A DNA stretch of 55,593 nucleotides, filler included, from Sluysia triapertura (lineage: Eukaryota): assembly GCA_046118255.1 (NCBI GenBank). It is 4 parts of 4 records of this genome, joined end to end, with 100 filler letters (N's around TTAATTAATTAA, not from the genome) between each part and the next. Parts side by side here need not be neighbours in the genome. Positions count along the whole stretch, not along the records: positions 11,361 to 28,034 come from JBJNIA010199153.1; 3 more parts are not named here. The stretch is one strand, 5' to 3'. Under the pieces are notes generated by a model. It saw nothing but the letters and a program-made list of their open reading frames with translations, was not told where the DNA came from and did no database searches. Both the position numbers and the translations under genes were made by a program. Within the stretch, counting starts at the first letter, position 1. Each line of letters starts with the position of its first letter. This document shows positions 13,726-28,134 of this stretch, one piece after another.

Positions 13726-14508
13726 ATTTTTATTTTACGTTATTTTTAGCACATGATGACCGGTGATTGGTCATTCAACCAGAATTGTTTGCCAGAATGA
13801 AAAATGAATATTATTCTGGTTGGATGGCCAATAAAAGTAGAACATTTAATAAACTGGTTATAGTGAGTGATTAGCCATCACCAGTATTGACATAAATCTG
13901 TTAACAGAAATGAACAGTGTCAACACTGGTGACATTTTTTGATGAATTAAATTAAGTTAATAAAACTTTATATCAATAATAATAGCAATAATGTTATTAT
14001 TATTAATATTACTTTAATAGAAAATACTTTAAAATGCATAAAATCTTGTTGAAATCCACATGATCTTTCTGCCTCTTTCTTTGAATTTCTAACATATTTT
14101 AAATTACAAATGAAATAAAATTTGATAAAATTGAATGTAATAACAAGTTGAACAATATTGTAGTTATTGTTTTTATTACATTGCATAAACTTTTAGATTC
14201 TTTAAAAACTGTATACAAACTTCATTTAGCTACTAATGATTTCTGAATATATTGCAATAATTTTAAATATATTTGAAGCTAAAATCTCTGAATAAAGAAT
14301 AGTTTAAATGAATTTGCATATGTGATTAACGTTTCAAGGTATGATAGCAGTTTTATGTCGTCTAGTGAAATGGAGAATGTGAGAATGGATTTTTAGATGG
14401 TGATTTAAGTTCTTGGTTGAAAGTAATATTTGAATATTGGAAGATTCTGACCGTAAGATGCATTAAGAAGAGTGTGGTTTGGTAAACGTGAAAAGATAAA
14501 TTATAATA

Positions 14509-14900
14509 CAACTATTGGTATATTTGAAAGGTTATTGTGCAATGTTTTATGTGATTTGTTTATTTGTTGTTTTTAAGTGGTATTGTATTTTGTGTTGTTG
14601 GTGATTATGTAATAACAAATGCTGAATTTAAGGTGTTATAATTGATTCAACGGTGCAAAGTGGATAATTTCAAATGCGGTTATTATTTGATTGTTGTGAA
14701 TGTCGAGTTACATATTTTTGATGGATTTTTTGGTTTAAATTGGTGGTATTGGATGTAAATGTGAAGTGTAAGTTATAAGATTGTGAATATGATTTAACTT
14801 TGACAGATGAACTGTTCTATAAGTGTAGAAAAAATGATATGTGAATATTAGAGTGTTAAGTATTATTTTTATCGAATTTTAATAATATTAAGGGTTGACC
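14509..14900. repeat. Dispersed repeat, copy 1 (copy 2 at 48984-49331); probably a non-LTR retroelement fragment
   Basis: Shared sequence such as TTGGTATATTTGAAAGGTTAT, ACAAATGCTGAATTTAAGGTGTT and GTGAAGTGTAAGTTATAAGATTGTGAAT. The class assignment is a guess from strand skew. Confidence 0.85.
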
Positions 14901-14919
14901 ACAAAAAATAATTAAAATT

Positions 14920-15560
14920 TAATGCATTTGGCGAATTCGGTGTTAATTTATGTAATAATTTAATCTTAATGGTAAAGGATGTAATTTTCAGTTTTAGCAT
15001 CAATGCACTAATTTGCGAATTTACAAAGCAATTATCCATTTGGTATTGTAATTGTACCAATTGTTCAGTCAGTAATGTTCGAGATATTTCGAATTGTATT
15101 GCTCAATACTTCTGTTCACTGATACATTTAGTTTCCAAGAGCACCGATCTGAAAACTGGGAATCTATGAGAGACTGCGAGATTTAGTGAAATATCAATTA
15201 AGAAGGACAACAATGAAACATGTTGAACATGCTAAGGAACCATTTATTAATGGTCGATTCATTTGAAGAGTTACATGAAGAATATGCGACGCAAATCAAA
15301 ATTGGTTTTGTATGGCTACTTATTCATTTTCCAAAAGACGGAAATGTTCTATTATTATTATTATTATTTATCTACAAAAGTGCACTGATTATTCGAATTA
15401 CGAGAATTTACAAGCCCGAAAAATGGGTCAGTGTTGATTGTGTAGAAGCAAACAAAATCCATATTTGTGGATTCAACTGAATTTTCATCAATTAACACAT
15501 CAATTTTTTCTGTCAAGCAGTTGGAATGGCGCAAGTAATGCTTCGTATGTACGGTTAGCG
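14920..15560 (+). pseudogene. Decayed coding-like island, unknown family
   Basis: GC above flanks; adjacent ORFs 14969..15169 and 15220..15480; no motif recognised. Confidence 0.3.
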
Positions 15561-18500
15561 TTTATATTATTTTATGAAAAATAATATTTTATTTAATATA
15601 ATTTAATAATAATAATAATCTGAGCTGATTGAGGGGCTTGTTGGACAAGTATATATGAATAAAACACTAAAATGCTTTAATATTATGTGAGTCCACCTAG
15701 TCCGAAGAAGATATTAACTGATGATTTATTACTAACGGAGGTCACTTTCATTTATCGAATTTTACTACTTCAGCTCTTAAAAATGTTTAGTTGTACAATT
15801 AGTGAAAGTTGATTAATTAATGTTTTTGCATTCAAATATTATTGATATTCTTTAAATAGAACTGATAAATAATAAGGGATTACTAATTTCAATTGATAGA
15901 CGAGAATCAGATTTTATTAATGTTAATCTGAACTTACAAGGGCTGATTCGTAGAATTATATTCTAAGTAAACATTGTAGTGAGGAGTTTGAGAGAATCTT
16001 CATCAATTTAATAGTTTATTTTGGTTTATTGTCAAATCGAACCTGATGAAAATTTACGTTTTTGTATTTCTATGTTTAGTCTGATTTATTTTTTAAAATT
16101 AATTAAATAATTGGAAAAATTTATTAATAAAACCTCGAAAATAAATCGTTACATATGATAAAATACTTTATTGAAATTATTTTTATTCAATAATCTTATC
16201 GATTTATAATTTAGCAATTATCTTATTAAATTTATATTTTCAGTAATATTTTGCTAAGCAATTTGTTAAATAATTGCAAAAAACCTATCAAATAAAACTA
16301 ACGATTTAAAAGTTTCCTTGTCAGATACAAAACATTTGATATATGATTTGAATGATCGCTTCAGAAAAGACAGCCACACTTTGTTGAAAAGATATGACGT
16401 ACAAAGATTTATACAAATTTTGTATAACTTTTATGTAATTAAATTATTTGATTAATTAAATTAATTAATTAAACTTTGACCTTAAATAAAGGTCTGGATA
16501 TGAACTTAAACAAATATTCATTTAAATTTTAAGAAATAAATTATAAATATTGTTAGTAAAAATCCTACTTAACAGTTAAAAAATTTATTATCAACAAGGT
16601 TCATCTGCATATTGCGGTATATGTCTTAGAGAGGACGTAATTACAGATACTGGTTTTGAAATATTTTCGCTGTAGTAATTGAAGCTTCCCTACACTGGTA
16701 AGGCCAAGAATTTTATCAAAGAATCATAAATACCTTTGCAAAATAATCAGTTATCTATTAAACTCGATATCGTAATTGATAATGTCTTAACTATGTTTTT
16801 TCTGTATTATCTTAAAAAGTCTCGATTTATCTTTATCGTTAGAAATATCTTTAAAACGTTTGAACCTTTTAAACTTATTTTCTATTAATAAACTCCTTAA
16901 TTTCTCTTTATTCTTTAACTTTTTATTAAAAAATACTGATTAGATCTAAATTTATCTTTTGAATTCTTAAAACTATAAACAAAAATACAAATAAGTCAAA
17001 AACTTTAATAAATTATCAAAGAAATATGAAACAAAATTATACTGGTTGTACGAAATCACAAATTTAATAATTGAAAGTAAAGAAAATTACCAATTATATT
17101 TATTTAAATTTTAATTTAAATTATTTGAACCAGGTATAATACTTGGTTTTTAAAAGTTTAGATATTTTACGTAATACTTTTATGCTAAAATTGTTAAAGC
17201 ACAAACTTATAAATTAACTTACGTGTACAATGTTCCGAAATAATTAACTTTGCATAAAAGATTTCCTCGACGAATAGACAATTATATTGTTGTCCAAAGT
17301 TCTGTAAAAGACCGAAAATTCGATTAAACAATTTATATTGTAGCAGAATTTGAATTTGTTCCAACTTTATATAAAACCGACAATTCGCGTTAATTTCCAA
17401 AAAATATGTAATGTTTTGTTCTGAAAGCGTTAAAAATTTTTTAGTGACCTTACTACAAACTTTTCGTATATATATTCCTTTTTGTGAGACTTAGAATATA
17501 AAATTTTCACAAATATATAATTAATTACTTTTAGATGCTAAATATTTGAAATAAAAGCTTTTAAAATATAAATATTTATTAAAATTTTATTAAAATAAAC
17601 AATTATTGTTAATGTCACTAATTTTTTACAAATTATTTACAAAGATTTAATATAATTTACAAATATTATAATTATAAAATTATTTTGTATTTTACTTGAT
17701 ATTCATATTCGTTTTATAAATTATACTTATTCACATTGAATATTTACTCGTTTTTAAATTTTAATAAATAGATAATGGACATTAATTATTTACATAGTTT
17801 ATTTTATTAAATATATTAATTTTAATATTTAATATTATTTGGGTAATTGCACACAATTATTTCTTAATTAAAAAAATCTTTCTTCTAAAAATATGTGTAA
17901 TTACATTTTATTTTACATCTTGACAGGATAATTGAGTGATAAATCAATGCTGAGTCAAATGGGTGTGTGCACTTGTAAATGAAGATTGACCGCAGAAGCT
18001 CTTAAAACAATTGCAGGGGAAACACTAAAACAAAAAAATATTTATTAAAATTGTAATAAAATCACAAAATAATTATTTTACAAAATATTATAAATCATAT
18101 TAGTTATTCAATAATCATATAGAGTTTTGTGCATGTAAAATAGTAGAATATTAAATTGGTTATGAAATAATAAATTGGTTTTGTAAATAATATACCGATA
18201 ATCAATTGTAAATAAAAGTAGATGTGGTTATTATTATAATATCTCAACTACTATTTAAAGTTTATTGAAACTCTACCAGCTTTTCTTTTTGAAGCTACAT
18301 CAGGTTTATTGACATAAAATATTGGGCCTAAAATATATATTATTGTTGAAAATAATACAGAATATTAAAATAGTAGTTAAAGCCAATGAAATAACTTTCA
18401 ATAGTAGTATTGAAAAAAATGGAAAATGAGAACAAAGAATAGATCCTGCCACACTTAATTAGTTAGGAAGGGAGCTGCAGAATAAACGAAAAATACCATA

Positions 18501-19892
18501 AAATATGAAATCAAATAACAAGGAGGATGTTAATATATAATAGAATTAATTAAATATTAAATTAGTAACACGGATGTAAATATGGCCAGAGTTATGATAT
18601 AGAGTGAAAATAACTATTATATAGAAGAAATTGGTCATATAACTGCAAGAATATTAAAGAGAATAAGATTAAATCTAGATATTAAATTCTGGAGTAAAAT
18701 TAAATGTATAGTGAAATTACTCGCAGAGAAAGAATTTATTATGAATAAGTTATTATAGAATAGAATGTAATAACGATAAAAAACACTGTATAAATAAATG
18801 TTTTCAGTGTAAAACAAAATAATTTAATATTTTACTAGGTATTTACTGGTCTGCAATAATAATGTAATAAATAATGTAATAAATGGTCTATAAATAAAAT
18901 AAATACTCAGACATTTGGCAGGCGTTCTGGTATTCTTAATAAAGAAGGGAATTTATTTTGTATTTCAACTGGGTTGATACATTTTGTTGATTGATTCGTC
19001 ATGGAAGTTGGATCCATTTTCTATTTGTTGTTATGTCTTCGGTAAATTTTTTTATTTGTTGATGGTTATAAGAAAAGTTGATGAAACGTATTATGCTATC
19101 GATGTTGGATTTATGATGGTACCGTAAGTATTAACATCACTGTATACTTAATATCATTCCTCTCACAATTGTAATTATGGACTAATTTTAATAATAAATG
19201 ATTATTAAATTTAATTAAACCACTTGTTTATTTATATTTCTAACATTTATTTTGAGGAATATTTTATCACTATCATAGTTTATTTAGTAACATTTATTTA
19301 ATTTTGTATTGATTTTAACTAATTTATACATTTTATTAATATCATGCAAATATCGTTCTCGAATTTTCTGAATAACAAGGAATAGGTACTTTCTGAGCAG
19401 TGTCAGATAGTATGCTAAACTTGTTAAAATGTTTATATATTCAATTTGGATGAGGATAAATATTTGGAAGATGAAGGTGATTCAGAGAAAGGATGACCAA
19501 ACTTGACTATTAAGTGATAAAAAGATTAAATTGTTGACATGACAACAATTATATAGAGACGAATGCCTAAGTTTGAATCTTGGGCTTATTTTTTGTTTTT
19601 TTATATTTATACTAAATCTTTATTCTTAAACATTTTTCTTACTTTATTTCATTTTCAGCATTAAAATAATTAATATTATTATCATTATTATTAAAATAGT
19701 AATAATTATATTACCATTATGACTGAGGATAATTATTATTATTATCATTTTAATTCATATATTATTATTATTGTAAAATTTATAAATTGTGTAAGCTTAT
19801 TAATAATCCTTTAATGTCTTCGAACGCTTTTTATCTCAATGAATTCTCTATGCGTTTATAGTTAAAATAACTTTCTTTGTATGCTCGCTTTA

Positions 19893-20060
19893 TTAACCCA
19901 TTCGCTCGTCCTTGGCAGGGTGTCACGCATTACCAAGACGAGTATACTCGTCCTACTTTAAATGTATTATAACATGCAGGCTTTTGAATAAGCAAATTAT
20001 AAATATAAATGGCAATGGGGATGATTTCATATAATTTGGGCTTGGCAGCGAATGGGTTAA
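19893..20060. mobile_element. piggyBac-type MITE (160 bp)
   Basis: TTAA|CCCATTCGCT ... AGCGAATGGG|TTAA: perfect 10-bp TIR with TTAA TSD. Internal perfect palindrome GACGAGTATACTCGTC. Confidence 0.9.
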
Positions 20061-21386
20061 ACTCTTTAATGTGAACTTTATCGAATATTAATACTTCGGA
20101 CTATTTGCGACGAATTCTCAAATTCTATCAATATGTATTCTCAAACTTCAACAATTGTATAAATTATTGCTCTCTAACACTAATTTAAAGTCTCTTAATA
20201 ATTCTATCTTTATCGTCTTATTTTATAAATAATCTTTACGTATTAGATTTATTTTTATATATGCGTGAGCTCGGATACTCGTTCCGATAAGCTGGAATGC
20301 AAGGAAGTTTACTTATTTCAATTAAATGTTATTGTTACAGCGTAATTTATACCTTTTCTTTTATTTAAATCCTCTTTTGCTTAATAACAGAATATCAATT
20401 CAACTTCAGTCGTAATTAAATTATCCCCTTTGGGAGCACTATTTTAGATTTTCCTCAAGTTTAATTAATCGTAAATAAAATTTATTATTCAAATACTTCA
20501 CATTAAAAATAATAATCAATAATAGTTGTAATAATTTAAACAAGTAAGTCGGTATAAGTTTAATAAGAGTATTAATTTTACAATTATCGATATTACTAAC
20601 AGATTGAAATTTATTCAAATATCTGACAAAATGTAAATATGTTAATATAGCTTTAGCAAGAATATTAAAATTATCAATGTCATTATTGAGTTTAAGTAGA
20701 TTTATTTTTAGAGGGAAGATATAATATTTGTCATTCACTTTCAATATATTTAAATACCGTCCACAAAATTTACAATGTATTTGAAATTGATTTTTTTCTT
20801 CTAGTGCATATGTTGTGGGTTTGATTATTTTTTTGACTATTTGTAATATTTTTCTTTTATGTGTATTGTAATTTATTTTTTAACGTTAATAATTTCAATA
20901 TGTAGTAAAGACGACAATTCTGCTAATAATATATAATTTTGTTAATCACTACAATAAATAATAATAATAATAATATAATCAAATATAATTTCATCAATAC
21001 TGTTAATAATATTATTAATAAATTCCATTAATGTTTTATACAGTAAATATTTTATACACTAATCAAATATAATTTCGTCAATAGTCTTAATAAAATTGAT
21101 GAGTTTTCTTACTTAAACTTAAACTTACGAATAAAATAACCAGGGTGAGTGTAATGGCCGGTATGAATTGATGTTTGTATTAAGAAAAATTTTTACAAAT
21201 GTAAAATCGACGATTAAAATTTTAGTATTAACAAAATAAGACTTAAGGCCTATGTGAAAATTAAAATATCTAAGATTAAATTCATTAATTAAAAATTGAA
21301 ACAAAAAATAACTCTGTGCATTAATATATTCAAGTTTAAAATCAAAGATATCAAGAATATCAAGTGTATTAAGCACATAAAAAGCA

Positions 21387-22529
21387 TCAAACATCGAAGT
21401 TTTTTTTAATAAAAGTGCATTGATAATAAACAAATAACGAATATAAATTAAAGTCTAAAACCTTTTCGCCAGAGAATTCTAACACTTGAGTCATTGGGCA
21501 GAAATTGGCTTCATCCATTTCGTGAGCTATACAGAATGACATGAATGCTAAGTTGTCACGATTCAACACATATTGATAGGCCGTTCTATGCACATTCTGA
21601 TTTACATCGGCGAAGATACCAGTTTTATCAGTTATTAAATTATCCACATCGTAGTTCAATGCCAACGTTACTAAAGCTTCTAGTTGTTCAGAATGAAATT
21701 CACTTTGTTTTTCAAATATATTCAAAATACATTTTAAACTTTTAAAATATCGTAATAACAGCTCCTTTTCACGCTTCAGCAGCATTTGAATATAACGCGT
21801 ACGTGCTTTCAACGCAGTAACTTTCGAGCATTCACTATTCGTCGTGTTCGCTAACTTTTGCTTTAAAATCTCGAATCTGATTTTCAAATCAGAACGTATG
21901 TTCTTTTCCAAATTGTCACGAATGGCTTTATTTATGAAATTTAATGATAATGATACTGAAGATGTGGAATATGTGGAAGACGTAGCTACATAGGAGTTAC
22001 TCGATTTTGAACGTTCTAATAAATCAGGAAAAAACATTTTATTCTCATTAATAACTTTACGTAAATCCATTATAAAATAAAGGATGAAATAATAATTTAA
22101 ATTAATATTATACCGAAGTTCACTTTCTAAATTTAAAATAATTAAAAACCAGTCATCTTTTTTTACCGTTCTTTTAAAAAATCGTTTACAACCTTCACGA
22201 ACACTAACACCATAATGCTTTCCATTTGATAAATCATTGTTGATTACGCAGAATTCAATTCTTGTAGAATTTGTTGAAATATTACTGCAAATTTCATGAG
22301 TGGATTGTAAAACAGAATTCAATGATTCGGTAGATACACTATTTATGTTTCTATTTTCATCCGAAATTTGTAATAAAGTTTCTGAACCTAGTTGTTCCTG
22401 ATCATTACATTCTATTTCCAAGTCAAATATGCTGTTTGTTTCGCTTTGAATATCTTTATTTTCAAAATGAATTGTAGGTTCAATTTTATAAGGCATTATA
22501 CTGCATACAATATTATTCAAAATTATCAT
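21387..22529 (-). CDS. 380-aa chimeric ORF: nuclear-receptor N-terminal/zinc-finger remnant fused to an unknown ORF starting MDLRKV at 22070
   Basis: Longest ORF in the window. [32 protein letters not shown] matches the NR DNA-binding domain; the C-terminal part is unrecognised. Confidence 0.5.
   Translation of the reverse strand: MIILNNIVCSIMPYKIEPTIHFENKDIQSETNSIFDLEIECNDQEQLGSETLLQISDENRNINSVSTESLNSVLQSTHEICSNISTNSTRIEFCVINNDLSNGKHYGVSVREGCKRFFKRTVKKDDWFLIILNLESELRYNINLNYYFILYFIMDLRKVINENKMFFPDLLERSKSSNSYVATSSTYSTSSVSLSLNFINKAIRDNLEKNIRSDLKIRFEILKQKLANTTNSECSKVTALKARTRYIQMLLKREKELLLRYFKSLKCILNIFEKQSEFHSEQLEALVTLALNYDVDNLITDKTGIFADVNQNVHRTAYQYVLNRDNLAFMSFCIAHEMDEANFCPMTQVLEFSGEKVLDFNLYSLFVYYQCTFIKKNFDV
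22152..22250 (-). pseudogene. Degenerate first C4 zinc finger of an NR2-class (RXR/USP-like) nuclear receptor
   Basis: Compared with RXR [32 protein letters not shown], two of the four Zn-binding Cys are lost, the P-box EGCKG reads EGCKR, and the second finger is absent. Confidence 0.8.
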
Positions 22530-25029
22530 AGAAAAGATAAGTTCAAATTATATGACCTTCATACAGATTTTGACAAAATATAATCGATAATTGTTATAAG
22601 ATTCAGTTAAGCAAGAAATGTATTAATTAATTATTTGTTCTATCTTATAAATTAAATTAATTTTTTTAAATGTTACCTTTTTAAACATTCAAATAGGCGA
22701 AATTATCTTGAGACTATAAAATATCATAATAGTAAAACAAAACAAACTTTATTACAATTGTTAAACATAGAAGTAACAAAACAAATACAGAACTTGACAA
22801 ATGCACGAACCTTTTGCAACATTTCTGTTCTTGTTCAAAAAACTATACAAACATAACCAGTAAAAGAATTCTGTAAACATTACTGATCATCAATTACATT
22901 CAGAAAAAGATATACTTTATATAAAACAATGTTACTGACAGTCAGATTTCTTACTAATAATGAATTGAATCATTAATATATCATCCGTGACTTTTTGTAA
23001 GCTTATTCGAAAAGTATCATTGTTCCCTTAAGCTGGTTATAATAATGATACAAAAATTAATCACACAATTAAATGATTTCAAGTCATAATTCAATTATTG
23101 AGCAGTGATTGGTTTGTTATTAATATTTTAATGCAATATATAAACTCGGATACACAACGTACACACACTTTGGTGAGAAACAGTGATTTCTTAATTAAAC
23201 CAATAATTAGAAAAACATCTCTTGCTTTGGTGCCATATTAATTAAAGTTGCTAATGTCAATCTTTCAATTACTTATAATCTGAGAAGCTAAAGTAACCTC
23301 AGTTGTGTCATTGTGTAAGTGTCAATAAGTTCATTAAATGCTATTCTTCGATTTTCTTCATTTTCGTTACTATAAAGTCTTTGTGATTCGAGTTTACCTT
23401 TTTATATCAAAATCATTTCGTACTTTCTTTTTTGTCCATAAACAGTTGACTGAGAAATTCTTATATGTTCTTTGAATAACACATAATCTAAGTTATTGCG
23501 AATTTGTTGCGCTTCCTTTGCATCCATTTTTGATGTTAATTTGATAAATTCCATTTGTATTTCATTTTCAGACTTAAAGTTATTCAATTTGTCTTTATAA
23601 ACTGGCTTCAATTTCCGCAATTTTGATGAAATAATGATAATGATAATATCAGATATAAATTATGAATGTTACTACTTAACAATAATAGTAATAAAAATAC
23701 TAATAATAAAAAAAGGAGTGATATAACGTTGATACTGTTAGGAAAAGCGATGTTGGTGGATTGAAAGCAACATTGTACGATATTATAGTAATTTAGATGT
23801 ATTGTATGTTATTTAACTTAAGCAATATTATATTTTATTTAATTTAGAGTGTATTAATGTATTGTGTTTAAGGTGTGTTATGTTTTCGGTGTTGTTGTAT
23901 GTACGATGTGGCATATTGGATATTAATGATTGCTGGGTAAGAAGTTGACACTACACACCTCATAGTAAAACACAGTGTATAAGTAGAATGTATTTCGCAC
24001 ACATTCATTACCCTTTAGTTTACGCCAATTACAAGTTGATTGCGACATATTTTTAAGATAAAAAGTAGATCTTATGTAACCAAAGTTGTCCAATCGTAGA
24101 TCACACTATACAAATTGCAATTTTATTTCCTACAAAAATACAAAATATTACCTTTAATACCATAATTAAAAATTATAAGTTAAAAAGATTTATTTTAATT
24201 TTTTGCACGATTAAAATTTTATTACATTAAAGAATTGTTTTTGAACTTGTTATGGTCTCAAAAAGAATTTGGTGTCATTTATTGTCTTATTTTAAATGGA
24301 TAAATTATTTTATGTCGAATATAATTAATAATAATTATAAAATCGTTGATTCAATTGTAGTGAAAGCGGAAGTGGCTAAAATGGCAGAAAGAGTTGCATG
24401 CATCACTTATACTTTTGCTTGAATTAAAGTAGGAACATCGAAAGTTAAAACGCATTGTTCATTCTGAGCAATTTGATATCGAATACGAAAAGCAGTTATG
24501 AACCCTTCAGGAGATTATAGGTGTTAATAATAGAAAGTATAATTTTTAAGCAGTAATTTGATCATAATACTCCCACACAAAACAGTATTATAAATCATAC
24601 TTTAGTTTTAAATATTTCAAAAATAATCGAAATACTAATGAATTAGAAACAGTGTCAAAATCGTTTATAAATAAAGATAAAGATTTCGAGACAAAACCAT
24701 GATCAAAACTCGTTCTACGTGCTCTCAACAAACAATTTTCTTCTGTATTAATATGATTAAACTAGTTTTCAGTTTTTCTCAAGATAAACAAATCATCTAC
24801 AGCTGTGATAATGAAGTTAGATACATGCTGAAATCACATTATTTCAGTAAATCGAAGTCACAAGATCCTATGATCGAATACCAGTTAAGCAAATTCAAAC
24901 AAATATTTAAGGAAGTATCGAGTGTATTCAACATAAAACATCAATAAAATGTAAACTTCGAGTTTATCGTTAGTAAATATTTCTTGTATTTTATAAATAT
25001 TTTATGATATTTTGTAAATGTAAACTATT

Positions 25030-26200
25030 TGTCTTTATCAAGTTTTATGTATAATTCACATCGTTGTTATGTTATATTAAAAGGTTTGGAAGGCCTCGAT
25101 GTGTTCTATCGAATTAAATTACGAGGCCTTGTGAAATTACATAAAAAATTATTAAAGTTTTGCGAATTAATACAAGATAAACAATCGCGATCTTCTGAGT
25201 TGAAATAAACTCTGGGTAAATTAGTTTGATCGGCATGTGAATTGAAATAAATCCCAACCTGAAATGAATTATTTTTAAAATCAAATTTAAGGTTTAAGGC
25301 CGGTGATGATACTATTGAAAGTACACAACCCAGTAAATATCTTGTAACGTATTTTAACAATTTAGGTATGATGGGTACACATTTGTACCATATACAACCA
25401 TAAGTCACTGATAAGTGTTTAAATTAACACACGACTATTATGATTGTACGATTCCGTAATTATATCCTTTCCCGACATAATAATGTTTTTCGCCAAATTT
25501 ATGCTTACATTTAGCAACACCGACCGCGTTTGCTTTCTCGTATGAAGACTGCTGTACTTATTTTAAGGTTATTACAACGTTATTACACATTTTGCAATTT
25601 CAAGTGTTTTTTTACATGATCATATTTTTAATCAATATAGATCCTCAATTTAACAAAAGCAGGTAATTTTTTACATGACATAATTTATTACATCTATGGT
25701 ACAAATATTTTCCATTCGTTATATTGAGTGATACACATACATACCACTAGTACTAAGGAAAAATAAAACATAATTTATCTTTACATTTATTTGCTGTATT
25801 TTTTAGCATCAATTATATAAAAAAAGTGCTGACTGTTTGTTTTAGAATAAAATAGCATTGCACATCTAAATTTAAACTGATAACCGTTGATCTCTTAACT
25901 TGCATATTTTCTAAATTTCAAACGTTACGTGTACATAACGTGACCTTTGAGTTTAACGAGGAATCCTTCATCTTTACTATTTATAAATAAAATTCAATAG
26001 CAAACGTGAGTGATTCTTCTATCGAAGTCATAATACATTATAAAAATACATCAAATTTGAACTCCAATGAGATACATCATTAACCTAAGCGCAATTTCCA
26101 TTTCAAAAAAAGATTCACAATCCTGAACTATTTTATTTAAGTGCATTGTCCTTGTTACAGACTGTTGTCTTCCTTATTTACAATTTAAACAACTTTTATC
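25030..26200 (-). pseudogene. Decayed intronless coding-like island, unknown family
   Basis: ORF 25106..25408 plus upstream broken frames (ILFINSKDEGFLVKLKGHVMYT, QSSYEKANAVGVAKCKHKFGEKHYYVGKGYNYG). Carries CCGGCCTTAAA at 25303-25293. Confidence 0.35.
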
Positions 26201-27156
26201 TCAAGAATAAATAAATAATAAGAATAACGAAATAATTCCAATTATGAATCTTACTCATTTTCACGGAACATTTCATTACAGAAACGTCTCACATGAGTAA
26301 AAAATATAAATCAAAATATACTATATTATATCAACGAACTCCAACAGTATATACATGTACACGTCAATAAGTCATGATGAGCTAATTTCTCTGAGGTACA
26401 AATGCACTCATACTACTCAAAATCAAATAAAATAAATCAAATAATTTTAAAATTATTCATATACAAAATTATTGCATGATTTCTACTAGAATAAAATAAA
26501 ATATTTAATTATTAAAACATTCATTTGTTAATAAATAAATTGTATATTTGTATATTTATTATATATTATATATTTATTATTAATGTACATAATACCAGAA
26601 ATAATTAAATTACAAATTTTACCTATTATTTTGACATACTATATTTTACTATTGAATATTTTATTAAGAAAAATAAATTCGTATTTTAAAAACATTTTAT
26701 TTTCAATTTTCTAAAAACTATAATATTTGTTTTAAATTACAAAATAAAAATATTTAAAAATAAATTTTACTTTTTTTGTGTTAATGACTGTTAAGTGTCA
26801 TAAATAAATTTAGTTTTTCCATATATTTAAGTTTATTCAGAATTTATTTTTAAAATAATGATAATAATTACAATTACAATAAGTTTTTTATTATCATTAT
26901 TACCATTATAATAATAGTAATTATTATTATTATCATCATTATTATTATTATATTATAATTATTCATTATTTTCTTCAATGACACGTATTTACTCGTGATT
27001 TCGAAAACGCTCCTAGTAAATTATGCAAACGAATTTCATACCAATATTTAGGTAAACTTTAATAATTATTCACATATGCCAATTATTCAGTAATTTTTTC
27101 ATAAGAATAAACTTTACTGTTGAGGTACATGACTAAGTTGCCATTTAAAATAATGA

Positions 27157-27270
27157 TAGTATAATTGACTATAATAAAATAAAATTGTTTGTCGGAGCTG
27201 ATAGCTTAGTGGTCAGAGCATCGAAATGCACAGCTGTGAAACAAGAGGTTCCGAGTTCGAATTCCTCTTC
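27157..27270 (+). mobile_element. tRNA-derived (SINE-like) module, copy 1, degenerate
   Basis: A box TAGCTTAGTGG and B box GTTCGAATTC; homologous to 53593-53704, including about 40 bp upstream of the tRNA-like part. Confidence 0.7.
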
Positions 27271-28034
27271 GAAGTTTAATACTACTAGACTCTAAAATTT
27301 CATGATGTGCATATAATAAAAAACTTTTCGATTTTAATTGAGTTTTACTTTTCCGAGATAATTGGGAAAAATAAATCTGTGTATTTTAATCATAAAAATT
27401 TTTATTTGTTAAAAATTAGTTACAAACAGAAAAAACTTCAACCAATAAGTATCTTTTAAATTATATTTATTTTTAATATTATCTTAACCCAAATATATGA
27501 TTGACAGAAATCAATTACTTCTGTTAATAATAGGTTAGCAAAAAGAAAATAAACCCCAAATGTGATAACATAACTCTTGGTTAATGCATAGGTTTTCTAT
27601 TCTGAGTTCAGTGATGCTCTTATCATTCTATTTATATTTCATTTATATTCCATTTCATCTTTATTGGAACCATATTTGTTGTCGAGAAGTTTCAAGAAGT
27701 ATACAAGTTAAAAATCTCTCAAAAAGCGCAATAACATAAATGCTTCTAGTCACATTAGTGTGTACAGAAATTGGTTTATGGAAGATCTAATTCATTGTGA
27801 TTATTTTATTTTAAAAATCACATTGTAACCTCAAGGTATGAAAGTATTTATTCATAAAGAGTCGAATAACATCGAATTTTTAAAGAGTTTCATCTAAACT
27901 ATTAATTATTAATAAATAATTAAATAATCATATGATTATCTTTTATTAAATTAAATTTATTTTTTCACGTAAATACACATCAGTTTGATTCCTGTTTTTA
28001 TTAATCTGCATTTTCGAAGCCTTTAAGATTCTTT

Positions 28035-28134
28035 NNNNNNNNNNNNNNNNNNNNNNNNNNNNNNNNNNNNNNNNNNNNTTAATTAATTAANNNNNNNNNN
28101 NNNNNNNNNNNNNNNNNNNNNNNNNNNNNNNNNN
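28035..28134. other. Assembly spacer
   Basis: 44 N + TTAATTAATTAA + 44 N. Confidence 0.95.

Noticed and set aside
18900-19600. G/T-skewed stretches resembling antisense I/Jockey LINE remnants (also about 1.7-2.1, 23.7-23.9, 43.8-44.7 and 47.0-47.4 kb)
   Set aside because: Too decayed for me to assign a family from motifs.
21125-21175. NSYRP read as the LINE reverse-transcriptase NYRPISL motif
   Set aside because: No RT sequence follows in any of the three copies, and the conservation is better seen at the DNA level.
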